Below are positions 22,945-36,379 of a stretch of 64,000 nt of DNA, one piece after another. The translations under genes and the position numbers were made by a program. The DNA is from Gnetum montanum. Taxonomy: Eukaryota; Plantae; Gnetophyta. Numbering within the stretch: the stretch's first letter is position 1; the number at the start of each line of letters is the position of its first letter. The notes under the pieces were generated by a model. It saw nothing but the letters and a program-made list of their open reading frames with translations, was not told the origin of the DNA and made no database searches. The stretch covers positions 1-64,000 of the forward strand of contig MNCI01000838.1 of the NCBI GenBank assembly GCA_015680685.1. The letters run 5' to 3'.

Positions 22945-24860
22945 TGCCTCTCCTACAAGATCACGATAATGCCACACTTAGTGAGGAAGTTCATTGGAGA
23001 ACCAACGAATTATATGATAATGAAGATTGGAGTGTGCAACCTAAAGTGGGGATTTCTTATAAACATGAACAAAAGCAATGTCATCCCAATGCATAAAAGC
23101 ATAATTTACCTAATGATGATGAACCCCTACTAACCACTACAAGCCTAACACAAATACAAGAGGCTGTGCAAATCTCCTATAGGCATCGTAAAGAGAGCTG
23201 TCTACCCAAGATCGATTTAAACAACTTCCCTAATTTTTCAGGAGGCTATGACTTAGATCCGCATCAACATTTACAAGCCTTCTATGATTCCTACACATGG
23301 AATAACATTGATAATGGGTGGCCAAGCAAAATTATGGTATAGATCGTTAAAACCAAATTCAATTCGACATTGGTCAACAATGGTAAAACTCTTTAATGAA
23401 AAATATCAAACCTACTAAGGGATGGAAACAAGCACAACATGAACCCTTGGACATGGCCTTAGAAAGATATTATGCACTATTAAACAACTATCTAGGCCAT
23501 GGGTTTTTTGAGGAAAGGCTAATGTACCATATTATTGATGGGCTTCATGATGCAACAAGAGAAACCCTAGAGATGTATGCCCAAGGTCAACTATATGAAC
23601 TATGAACCCATCAAGTCTAAGAGCTTATTAAGTGGGTAGCAAAAGAAGGAGAAATGGCTAGATGGAAGAATGTTGAAAAACATCAATAAGACCAAAATCT
23701 CAACTTTACAAAGGTCCATAATCATAAAAAGGAGAAATCAACCTATCACAGGGAGAAAGAACCATCTCTGCCGATACAACAATCATTAGAAGAAGTCGAG
23801 GCAAAGATCAATAAGATGTTGGAATGGACGTATAAAAAGTGTGGAGAATTTATTGATATTATTGGAGATAGTGTTTTGACAACCCAAGAAGTAGGACAAA
23901 GTATTAGTAGAAAATAGGAAATAAGGGATAAGGAAAATAAGAGCTCAACTACTAATCATACGTATGAATGCAACATATGCCTGTAAGATCACCCCAAGGG
24001 TCAATGCCCAATATTGTTACATTTACATGAGCATTGGGGAAACACATCACATCTTGAGTTCATATAGAGATACTATGTTTGATCACAGTGGCAACAATCC
24101 CAGTTGTGGGGGAAACCACCCTTAAACTAGAGACACCCTTCATATCATACGAATCCAAATGCTTATCTAGTTCAACATCCTATTTCCCCAACTAGGTCAA
24201 CATACTCTATCTCACCACATTATTATCATTCTCCTCAATACTATCAACCCATGCTTTCAACACAACCACTACCTTTTCCATCTTACCCTTCTCCTAATTT
24301 TCAACATTCTCATTTTTTCCTCCTTCTACATTAGCACCAATTGTTCCTAAGGTGTCTACACCATAGCAACAACCCACAAACATTACTTGTGCTACTACTT
24401 CCAACAGCAGTGAGAGACCTCAGCAACATCAAAGGTGCTCCTTCTTTAGAAATGTAGGAAGGGATAACACAATTCCAAGGCCACTGCATCCTCCAAATCA
24501 ACATAAGTCCAACCCTGTGGTGCATCCTTACCTTCAAACCCAATGCCTCGTGTAACTCCATCAAGGCCACTAACTCACACTCCAAAAATCATATGGCCCA
24601 ATGAACATAGGAATGGAGAGTGACAACCCAATCCTTGCATACCATCTTCTAGTCACAAACATCATAGTGGGGCAACTCTTTATCCAAGAACCACATCTTA
24701 CAAATTGCCCCACTATGCTTATTATAATCAGGTGTGTGAACCCCTATGGGGTAAATATGACCAAGTCCAAATATTTCCAACATGCAAGGATCCTCAACTT
24801 CCATTTATTAATCCTTGCCATCCTCAACTAATTAGTTATGGGGGATATCCCCCATTGTAA
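22945..24860 (+). pseudogene. Athila-like gag remnant
   Basis: FPNFSGGYDLDPHQHLQAF, LEMYAQGQL, CNIC..DHPKGQC knuckle and a P/Q-rich tail. Boundaries approximate. Confidence 0.6.
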
Positions 24861-25304
24861 TAAAAAGTAGGATTAATAACCAATTTTTATTTTCTTTAAT
24901 TTTACAACTTTTTGTTTTACGGTTTTTCATTTTTCAATTTCTTGTTTTATCTTTTTTATCTTTTTGTCTTTTTGTCCTTTTATGTTTTTTATAAGTAATC
25001 TCATCTATGAATAAAATACTCATGTGGATCATTGGTTGAGGTTTGTTTTATGTTTTTGAGTCACAAGTGGTCAATTATTTGGACAGTGAGCCTGTTACAC
25101 CCACTCATCCAATCTACAAATAAGAGGTTTTGATCGAGGGTACAGTGATATTCTTGACATTCTTAAAACTTAAAATTAATTTTGTTTTCATTATAACCAG
25201 AATGAAGAAGGATGGACCAAGAGGGAACAATTAGGGTGTGACNACCAGAATGAAGAAGGATGGATCAAGAGGGAATAATTAGGGTGTGACATCAAGGGGA
25301 CTTN

Positions 25305-26596
25305 CGGTGGTGCTCAAAATGCGCAAAATAGTTTGGCAAGTTTTCTAGTTGAGAAGTTTGCTACACTATGCTACGCTATGCTACGATCGACTTTAAATTG
25401 TTGCAAGGAAAGATGCTACGCTACGCTACGCTACGCTACGCTATGCAGCGTAGCATAGCATAGTGAGAGCAAGACAAGAAGGCTTGGCTAACTCCGTGAT
25501 TTCAATTGCACTTAGTTAGTACCTCTAGCCTTCAAAAATAGTTGCTTCACTTAGCTTCAAGTCCTTTTGCAATGGCTCCTTCACCAAAAAGTGGAAAAAC
25601 TTAGCCAAAAGTAGGCCACGTTGGTTGCTACACTACGTAGCATAGCATAGCATAGCAATTCTACGAGAGCAACGAAAGACATTTCAAAATGCAGGATCAA
25701 TAGGTTCACAAGTTTTACAGTGCAAAAATGCAAAGATTGCAAATTGTTGATGTTTCTGAAATTAAGTCTAAATTCTACACTATACTATGGTATATAGCAT
25801 AGCACAACATAACAAGTATGTAAAAAAGTAGTTAGTGCACTTCAAAGGTTTCCAATACATGCAGTAGGATGCAATGTAAGTTTTTGCTTCATACTGGTGG
25901 CTATGCTATTCTATGCTACGTAGCGTAGCAAGATGCTACGGTATGCCAACATGCTATACTACAAAGCATAGCATAGCATAGTAAGCGGTTATGCTACATC
26001 AATGCACTTCACCTGATTGCATCATTGGCACACATCTCCAAGTAAGAAAGTTACAATTGTAATCTTGAGCATTGTAAACATCTTGCCTAGAATTGTAATA
26101 GTTAGCACTCTCTTTTGGCATTCTATTTTACTTTTTTGCTACTATCTTTGTAGCATTTTGCATTGGTGACCTCTGAGTCCGCATTCAAGCGTATAGCTAT
26201 CTTACTCTAAGCATCTTGGTTACTCTTTGGATCTCTATGCTCCTCAGTGCCTTGCAACTGATTGTATCCACATTGATAGAGTGAACTCACATTCTTGAAG
26301 TGGTGCATTTTCCTAACTACATTTTACTATGTTTTCCTGCTTATCATTACATTTTACATCGTTTTCTACCCCTTTTGTGTTTAAAGATTATTTTATGCTA
26401 TAAGTCTCATGCTCAAATTATCTATTTGCAAAAGGTTATATTAACACTGACTAAGTCCCTATCTAATTGACCAGACCATTCAGGGCACCCCATTTCCATT
26501 TCATCTAGCATGACCCTTACCCAGGTCTGGGGTTAAGATTTTCATGACTGACAACCTCTCATTTTTTTCCTACCGCTAATATTTTTGGTCACTATA
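25305..26596 (+). mobile_element. 5' LTR of Tat element B (start lost at assembly gap)
   Basis: Homologous to 36600-38181; followed by PBS. Confidence 0.8.
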
Positions 26597-26602
26597 GTTT
26601 TC

Positions 26603-26619
26603 TGGCGCTAGAAGGAGGG
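26603..26619 (+). other. Primer binding site, tRNA-Asn
   Basis: TGGCGCTAGAAGGAGGG is complementary to the plant tRNA-Asn(GUU) 3' end. Variants at 38188, 40234 and 48805. Confidence 0.85.
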
Positions 26620-26995
26620 CCTTTTATGCCCTTTACGGTAGTCCTGTAAGCATTTTGCATCCTAATATGCGTTAGCGTAAACTTGACATCCATTTGTGGT
26701 TGTTTATGTATCATGCGGTGTAGATCGATCACTCCGATGGTTCTTTCAAAGCCCTGCAAGACATATATCCTCCGATTGCCATTTCACTCTCTTGTTTTAT
26801 AGTAGTTTTCCACACATTCTATACCCTATTGGGCACTAGTGTAAACGTGACACCCTTTTGTGGTTGTTTACACATTGTGTGGTACAGATCAGTCACTTTA
26901 ATAATTCCTTCAGAATCTAGCAAGACATATATCCTTTTGATTACCTTCCGATTTCCTTGCCTTTCTCATTTGCAGAACCATTTAGCTTTGTAACA

Positions 26996-29900
26996 ATGGC
27001 TTCTTCGAGCACCGTTGCTAACACCTTCAACGTTGAGGTTCCCATGACGGTTCAAGGCATCATAGGTGCCGAAAAATTGCTCAACCCGATGTTGGAACCA
27101 CATTGATCCCTTAGGATCCAAAACCTAGGACCTGAGGGCTTGGTCCAGCAACATAAACACTATAACTTCCTCTGTGCAAAGGTGTAGGCAAACATTCCCT
27201 TGTATGTGCACAAACTCGAAGAGAAACGTAGCTTTGAGTTCACTTACTATGATGGGAAGGAATTTGTTCCCACCCCTAGTGCTTCCATCCCTTCGACATA
27301 GAAAAATAAATGGCTTCTAGACCAGCTGATCCAATTGGCTAGACTTAGGGAGCAACATGACACATCGTCTAACCATGATGATGCCTTCCAAGATGGATAG
27401 GAGGAACTCAATTCCCAATCTGATGGCAAAGGTCAAACCAACCTTGTTACCATCCCTCTGACCCAATCTTTCTATACTAACCTATTGTCTATCACTGCTT
27501 CCTTCGTAATCATGCCTACGCTTTCACAACACGCAATTACATTTGCAATGGGTAGCCATGTCATCTCCTCAATGTTTCAATGCCCTTATTCCCCAGTTTC
27601 ATTTGCAGCCACTATCCCTACACAAACCCTTCATCAGTCCATTTCTGTAGTGCATCACACACCAATCACAGCTACTTTGCCACATATTCACACCGTACCT
27701 ACTTCAAAATTGTACGTAGCTTCTACTTCCATTCGCGCATTTACACCTATCCCACTATTAGTGGTGGGCCCAAGTCCTTCCACAGGGTGGACCCCATTTA
27801 CTGCTCCCCTTGCTATGCTACCATCGCAGATGTGTCACCACATTCGCCAGCAAACTTTCCAAAGCCCACAAGTGGTATAGCCTAGTGCAGGGTTATGGTC
27901 TATTTTGCTGGCAACCCAAGCATTCTATCCTATAGCTCAACCCATGGTTGCTACCCCAAAAAAATCACCTGTTAGGTGGTGGACAATTCAAGCAACACCG
28001 TTTATAGGGACCACCCCAACGATATCGCCAACGAGTCACGTTGCTACCCCTACCACACCACAGATGGGAGCTACCTCGGAAGTTCCCCAACCATCTGCAC
28101 CATTGTAGGGTCTACATCAAGCATTCTAGCTTATCCAAACCCTTACTGAGAAAATAAAATGCCTCAAGGCTATTGGGTGTGACACAGTGTAAGTCATGAA
28201 CTTTTACCAAGACAACCCCATTAGCCCTGCAATCCCTTCACTAATGTTACCCCCAGGGATGTCCCTTCCCAACTTCACAAAATAAAATAGGGAGGGGAAT
28301 CCCAATGAACATCTTGTTACCTTTAGGTCTAAGTCCCTACTACTACAACAATGGCCACACACGATCATCCATGTCTTTGCCATGTCTCTAGCAGAAAAGG
28401 CCTTGGATTGGTACCGTGCCCTGCCACGCTCCTCCATATCAACCCTAGAGAAGCTTTTGACCCAATTTTTGATGTGCTTCAAGTATAAATTAAAGCTAGA
28501 AATCATGCTAGATCAGTTGCTGAGTGTGAAGAAGAATCCTCTGGAACCAATCCAGAAGTTCATCTAGCATTGGAGTGCAATACTTAATGAAATCTAGGAG
28601 CCCATCGCAGAGGCCCACTTACTGGCCATCTTTAAGGATGTGGTAAATGACTTCATCAAGTTTAAACTGTACTACCTCACTTCTCGCACTCTTAGTTAGG
28701 CCTTCACTCAGACTAAGAGCATACAAGATGTGGCCGAGGCGAGAAAAGGCCTGGCCTATGTTGCTTACAAGAACACCTTCATGAAAAAGGATAAGGGTAA
28801 GGCTACAATAGCCATAGTGGCCATTGTGACAAATGAGTCCAAACCCAAACCTAGTAACAATGGTAACAACAACAACAAAAAATCAGCCACACCCTTAGCT
28901 AACCCCACACTCAAGTAGGGCAATGCACTACTAACTTCTGCACCCACACCAGAGACATTTGCACCATCAAAATCAAACTTTGAGTGCAAAGATCATTCAA
29001 AGTATACCCCGATACCTGTCAAGCCTTTAGAACTTTTGAAGTAGCTACTAGTGATGGGGCACATCCAACACAAACAGATTTTAGAGAAGGGAGTTAAGAA
29101 ACATTAGCGGTATTGCGAGATCCTTAAGAACCCCTCCTTGGCCTTGCCTAATGAGCCCCCAATCCTTAAGGATTTTAGGCTAGATTGGTTTTGTGACTAC
29201 CACCAATAGTGTGGTCACAATACGAATTACTATCTAGTGTTGAAGGATGACATCCAAAGGATGATTGATCAAGGAAAATTGATGTTGGATGAAAGCAACC
29301 TAGTACGTCCTAAGAATCAATCCCTACACATCTACACTAACCCCCTTAATGCCAACAATGCTAGTTATGTCATCAACACCATCAGCATTGATAGTGATCC
29401 TAGGCCACCCTAGCAGTCGTTTGTGATCCATGTGCCTTAGCATAGTGTACTAGCACCATATGCGGCTGATCAAAGCTCGCAACAATAATTTGTTTTGAGA
29501 GTCCCTCCCTAGATGTCTACCCCCATGCCATCCATTAGTATAACCACACCACCCCACCTATTAACATCATTAGCTCCATTTTTCATTAGGGGGTTGACTC
29601 CTTCAATGGCCCCTATCCTGTGCAAGACAGCTGAACAACCTTCTCATCCTAAAAAATGAGAAGTGCATTTCATAGGTGAGATGTTAAGGGGAAGTACCTT
29701 CCTAGGTATTTGTAAGCCTATGTCTTCGCCCCTTGCATCTACACCCTCGTCACCAAAGAGGGACATTTCTACAACCACGTAGCCCATGTTGCCTCACCAA
29801 AAAGCATTTGAACCTAGATCTAAAATCGTCCCTCCTCAGGAAATTCTTCTTTTGGGGAAAATAGAAGAGGAAAAAGGTGGTAAATAGGGGGTGGCTAGGA

Positions 29901-30801
29901 CCTCTTGGATTTCCTCACTTAGGTCAAGCAAGCTCTAAAACAAAAGAACACTACGCTGAGCTTGTACAACCTAATCATGATGTTTGTCCCATACCATGAG
30001 GCTCTGATTTGCATGTTGACAGTGATTCCAGTCGACAAAGAAATGCCAGCATAAGAGGAAGTGATCCACTTAGTCATGCTTTCCTCTACGCTTGTAGGGC
30101 CAAACCTATCCAAATTGACTTTCTATGACAACTCCATTAGGAAAGACCTCGAAAGGAATCAGGTGACTACAACACCCCTATTCATCACAATTCAGGTTGG
30201 CCAACACTGAATCGAAAGGGTACACGTTGATGATGGGGCTGCCATCAACATCATCCATTTTCCTATTGTAGAAAATTTGGGCTTGGTCAACTAGATCAAA
30301 CCCACAATGATGTAATGCCTAAGGTCATTTAATGGGGCACCGGTCATAGTGAAGGGCACGGTCCATATAGACTTCATGGTAGGGGACTAATTCCCCACAA
30401 ACGCAACGTTCATCGTGGTTGAGTATATGCCCAGGCTTAACCTGATCCTAGGGAGATCATGGTTAGCACAGCTTAGGGTTGTCTCCTCATCCATACATCA
30501 GGAGATCCACCTGCCTTATGGAGGTAGGGAGGTGGTGATCCATGGTGATGAGGTAGCAACATAAGTAATCAACAACGTAGACATGGAGCAGGGCTTAGAG
30601 GTCATAACCTTTGAGAATGAAGCACCTACCCCTACACACACTAACCATCCAGTAGAGGAATCAGCTCAGCAAGTTGGTTCCCATAACAAAAGTTCATGGG
30701 TTGAATTGACCTTCCAAGCAGGGGGTAATTATGTGGACGAAGGCCTTGGCAAAATGCCTCAGCTTTATGTTCTGCTCAACCCATGATGGCTTAGGAAGTA
30801 G
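26996..30801 (+). pseudogene. Tat gag-protease, element B
   Basis: MASSSTVAN start, P/T-rich region, gag core ALDWYRAL, CDYH..GH.T knuckle, protease VHVDDGA. Confidence 0.85.
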
Positions 30802-30939
30802 TTATGCATAGTGTAGCAACCCCACTACTTCTTACCCAGTTACCATCCTTTGTATATTGATCGCCTTTTTGTTTTGCACCCACATTAGTTACCAATTAGC
30901 CATATTGCAAATCGTTAGCATATCATCTCTTTAACATGC

Positions 30940-31092
30940 AATGGCCTGAAATGGCTTAAAACTAGCTACGACCAAAAATGGCCTAAAACTACACCTAGCA
31001 ATGGCCTAAAACTACACCTAGCAATGGCCTAAAACTAGTGATGGCTTGAAATGGCCTAAAACTAGTAGGGGCCCAAAATGGCCTAAAACTAA
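30940..31092 (+). repeat. Tandem ATGGCCTAAAACTA repeats
   Basis: About seven units immediately after the gag-pro stop. Confidence 0.85.
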
Positions 31093-31264
31093 AACATCAA
31101 AAGCCAAAATTTAACATGAAATCCAACATGTACACAATGCATAATTTAGCATAGAATCAATTCCTTTTTCAAAATTTTCCTCTTCATTAAAAACTTTTAT
31201 CTTTTAGACAATGTTTGCAAAAACGTTTACAAAAATTCAAAATTTTTTAAAAAATCCCATGCTG

Positions 31265-34200
31265 TCATGGGTTTCCTTCGCCCGCATTATCTTCTTCACT
31301 AGCATTTGTTTCTGCATCATTTTCCATTGCATTTTCCCCTACCATCTTTTCACTCCTATCCTTTGTGGGCCTTGTGCCCTCATCTGGAACCTACATCATA
31401 GAAACAAAGTAGTTAGCTAGGGCAACACACGCAAGCTAGAATAGAGCATAAGCATTAATACAGCAGAAAGTGAATGACTTGAGATGGACCTATGTCCGTC
31501 TCGAAAGGTATATGATCTCAACTGAGCCCAAGGTTGTGTCAGACCTCCTCTTCCATGATATCCCCATAATTCCTTATGCTATGTTCAGCGTCTATAGTAT
31601 CCTTCTCCTTTTTGACAACTGTCCATCTCGATAGTCTCAGAGAAAAGGAGGCAGTTGCGGTCTCACCTGTGGTAAGGTCCACTTCCTACTCAAGAGATTC
31701 AGTGACCTTGACCTACTGCATGAACTTGTTATAGGCCTTAGAAATGGAAATGACATCTACAAATGCCTTATAGGTAAATTCCTCCATAGAATCATCCCTA
31801 TACAGTTTATGATAGAAGGTACATTCTAGTTTATACATGTGTTTGTGATTTTTCTAGGACTGCCCCCATTCGTAAACCCTTGCACTGAAATCTTTCCAAT
31901 CCTAACCCTTTTGGGCCAATAAGTTCATTTTCATCTACTATTCTAGTATTTCATGGGTGGCTTCATTGTTTTGATGCATGACTGTCAAAAATTTGGCATA
32001 ATCTGTTACAGCCGTTCACTAGTCCTCGTTATTAGTATCGTGGGCTATGAGGAATTCATTCCTCGATTTGAGGTCTTCCACCTCAGTGCTCAAGTCAGCC
32101 TTCTCTTTCTTAGATTTTTGGACCCATTTCCATAGGTCTTCATTGACATGCCTGTACTCCCACAAGGAGCATGCCAAGTGCAAAGTGCATTTTCTCACCT
32201 CATCATATATGCGATGAGGCACCTCAACTACTTCAGGCGAGAATGTAGGCACAACACCTACTTTCAAAGGTTGTGTAGGATCCCATCTAAGTTGAGTGGC
32301 TATCACCACATAGAGAGCACATCAATCACATTAGCATAGTAAGGTTAGCAAATGCAAGAATGGTAGCGTAGCAACATGGAAGCACCTAGCATAACTACTT
32401 ACCCACTTCAAGATCAACCTGCTTGAGATTATCGATCATGTCATCGACGACCCCTTGCATGATGTAAGCTTGTCAAGGGTCTCGGCCCATGGTTCCATGT
32501 GAATCAAAGGGGTTCCTACAAGATCAGCATTGATGTATGTCATGCAACTAAATGTGTTAGTAACGATCAAGGTAAATTGCGATGTGACTATGGGTAGAGC
32601 AACCCACCAAATTCTAATGGCAATTCCACTTCTTTCTAACTCGAAACAATGATAGCACCTTTAGCACTTGTCCATTCTCCTAAGGCTTAACAACATTTGG
32701 CAAAGGGATCTCTGGTAGAAGCCCCTTCTAGATTGATGTGGGCTTCTTCTTTATTTTCTAGTGCCTTTTCTTTTGAGGCACCAACATCCTCTTTATCCAC
32801 AAGAGACTCTTCTTTGTCTTCAAAAATGTCCTTCTCGTTAATAGAAGGATTCTGCCTAATAACAAGAGCCCCTTCCTTAGTGGCAGGAGCTTCCTTCCAC
32901 TTGACTAGGGCCTTTTCTTTTGAGACTGGGGCCTCTGTGTCTTTATTCATCGCTCCTATCTTCGGGGCCAACACCTCTTCATCGCCTTCTTCTTCTTCCT
33001 CTTCTTCCTCTGGCAACAAAAAAAACGTGTTTGCATTAGCTTAAAATAGGTTAGCTTAAAGTATGTGCTACGCTGTCTAGCATAGCACAGTGTAGCAGGC
33101 ATTAACAAAATAGGTGAATAAATAAACATTAACAAAAGCATTTACCAATGGGGCGTTGCATCCTCTACAGTTTAAATCGTAGTCTCCGCCCCTCCTCTTC
33201 CTCTGTGCGAAGGGTTTCCTTAGTTGAAGAAAGCCTCTTTCACTACAACTTAGTGACCATCGTTTTGGCAACAAGATGTTTCCCCTATGATACGCTACTA
33301 GCGGTAGCAGGGGGTTCCTCTCCTACGCTATCTTGGCCACAAAAGTTGTGGGCCACCTGATTCTTAGTTATCACGGAGAATGACTCCCCAATTATTTCTA
33401 GGGGATCTTGGGCTGGGGTAGTCTAGAGGATCTAGAAGATCTATGGTTTGGAAATTTGGTTGCAAGTCCACAATGCCCAGGCCCCATTCTCATGGACTAC
33501 CAAAAACTCCGTAAAATTTTGTAGATAGGCTATGTAAAAAGCATAATGTATATTGGACTGGAACTCTTGCTTCTTATGCAAGCCTTTCCATAGAGACCTA
33601 GCCCAGTTGTAGTGAGCCCCCTCTTCCATGACCTTGTACATTGCCCAAGCTTGCTCAATCCCAAGGATATTCCCTTGGGAAAGTAGCTAGGAAAAAGCGC
33701 AAGCACGAAAGATGGGATAAACCTCTTTAGCAAGTCCTACCCTAACCTTCTCCATAGGGATATCCTTCTACTCTTTGGCAACCCCTATCCAATCCATAAT
33801 GTCATCCTTTTGAAGGTTTAATTCCTTCTTGGACTTTGACCCTATAAGAATGCCATTGGCAGGGACACTGAAAAGGTCCACAAATAACTGGTCATTGATT
33901 TCAATGACCACCCACACACTGTGTATACGTGTGCAAAAGCGATCTACCTTGTTGAAAAAAGAGTCCACTAGAGAGAGCATCTCAATGGTAGGAACACTTG
34001 GGTTTAGGGTTAGGAACAAATACATAAGCCCAGCATTTTGAAGATTCTTGACCAAGGATTTTGAGGCCTCACTGTATATCCAATGCTGGCTCACATCTAC
34101 TTCTCCATACTTGAAGTAGATGTTTGCCTCCTAGTTTCCAGTAGTTATCACTATTACCTCCTGGGACTTCTTCACCCCTATAATAGTTCACACAGAAACA

Positions 34201-35373
34201 GTTAGCATAAAAACACAAAAAATACAAAAAAATTGCAAAGGCACTCCAGCATGCTATACCTACTACTTAGCTTACCAGGTTTATATGGCAACAGGAATTG
34301 TGGGAGAGTGACTAAGATGTCTTCCATGGGGATCAATCTGAAGGGTGCCCATCCCTCATCCAGCCAACCAAGTTCCTTACATCTTCCATAGAGGTTGGGA
34401 TATTTGTCTGGATACGTGTGGTACTCACCCCTGCATTGACATATCATGCTTGCACAGATATTCTCGATAGAGGATAATTCCCACAGGGCCATCTCTGGTA
34501 TGGCCAATGCATCTGTATCACTATGAAACCCTTTCGCATTGATGTAAAACCTGGTAACAAAAACATAGTGTTAACATTTGGCCAGCATAGAAAACATCAC
34601 ATAGCATAGTGGAACATGGCTACAAAACTCATCCACCAGTATGGTAGATGGTTCCTGGTGGGTTTTGGAAGCACATTCCCATATGACGTGTAACAAACAA
34701 TGTGTTGTAAAGATGGTAGCAGCTATACTCAGGCNTAACAAACAATGTGTTGTAAAGATGGTAGCAGCTATACTCAGGCATCTCCCAGATCCAAGATAAT
34801 TATCTCAAATTTTGGAGGCATTGACTAGATCCTTCTCCCTGCCAGCTACTGACTGCCCCATCCTTCAAATACCTTAGAATACCTTGATTAGTCCTAATGA
34901 AAACAATTAACATTATTCTTTGATAGAGCACATGTCACACTACCAAATCACATATGGTCAAACCCTCCTGAGGGTGCTATGCTATGCCATTTGAAAGATA
35001 AGTAGCCTAAATCATCTAAGTCTTTGTGAAAATAACAGCTGTAGTGATGGTGGTCTAGGCAACCTTGCATGCAATCTTGGCATAGCGTTTTGATGTCTGC
35101 CATGGTCAAAATGGCAATAGAGAAAATGTAAAGGCTAAAACAATGACAACGCGATGATAGAAAACATGGATAACTAAAACTAAATCGTAAAAATGAAAGT
35201 AGAAAAAAAATGATAACAGAAGCACAAGGAAACAGGAGAAGCATAGCAGCCTACTAGGTTAATGGCATCTCTTCCCACACCATGACACACACGTGTGTCA
35301 TGTGCCCTAGGGTTTCCTTCACCTCGTTGACCTTCGTGAGCACCAAGTATGTGCATTCTTTCTTTGGAGCCAT
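31265..35373 (-). pseudogene. Spliced antisense gene inside element B
   Basis: MAPKK start (35373), TATAAATA at 35526-35533 on the minus strand, GT-AG introns conserved with element D, homologous exons. Confidence 0.7.
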
Positions 35374-35734
35374 TGTTCTACTTGCCAACTCCTCCTCATC
35401 ACTATAAAAAAATTGCTTTGCTGTCTTCTAGCACAATCTCTCTGTGCTCTGAAATCACTCTGTGTTCCGAATCTGGGCTCTACGCTGTTACAGTGAGAAT
35501 AATAAGCCTACCAGAGGTTAATCCCTATTTATAGCTATAATGGTAAAAAGGGGAAACTTGCCATTCTCTTTCTCTGTTTAATGTAGGGTATATCGTATAG
35601 CGTAGCATGCTTGCCATGACATCATAGCTTTGTTGGCAATTAACACAAGTGAATTTGGGCAAAATATCTTGGCACGTTTTAAGCTAACCATTTACTTTCC
35701 CAAAAAACAAAAATATATATTTTCAATTACTAGT

Positions 35735-36095
35735 TTAGAAAGATCTTAAACTAGCAATCTTAGTGTAGTTACAACTCTAGTAGTCCAAAAAGACCTTAAA
35801 CTAGCAACCCCAACATAGTTGCAACTTTAGTGGTCCGAAAAGACCTTAAACTATCATGCCTAGCATAGTGTTTCACTCTAGTTAGCGGTCCAAAAAGATC
35901 TTAAACTAGCAGTTTCGATCTGTTACACATTGACAGTCCGCAATGACATTAAACTAGTAGTTTCACATTTTCACATTGATAGTTCTGCATTTTTTAGCAA
36001 TTTCACGTTCTCACATCAACAGTTTTACATTTTTTCTTTTAGCAGTTTTGCATCTCCATGCCTTAGCGATCTACCATGACTTTGAACTGGAAAAT
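35735..36095 (+). repeat. GACCTTAAACTAGC repeats upstream of pol acceptor
   Basis: Repeated AAAAGACCTTAAACTAGCA; equivalent array at 58580-59010. Confidence 0.8.
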
Positions 36096-36379
36096 TTTAA
36101 TCTTTATATCATACTTCGCTAGTTACATCTCATCATTGTTTTGAAAATTTTCATTATACACAATTATTACCAATAGGTGCCTCTTAACTAGGCTTTCATC
36201 TCATTTTGGTAGGTTGAGTGAAAATGGAAATCCATTGTGATCTCTCTTCATTGTTAGCTTTAGCAGGTCCACATGGCAAGCTCGTAAGACAACTAAACCC
36301 ATAATTAATAGACTAGGAATCACCTGCAACTAACACCGTAACATCCCTAGAATGGCCTAAGCATCTGGTCCGAACCCTA

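Noticed and set aside
31265-35373. Intact host gene
   Set aside because: It has many stops and occurs at the same position inside three retrotransposon copies, so it is element-borne and decayed.
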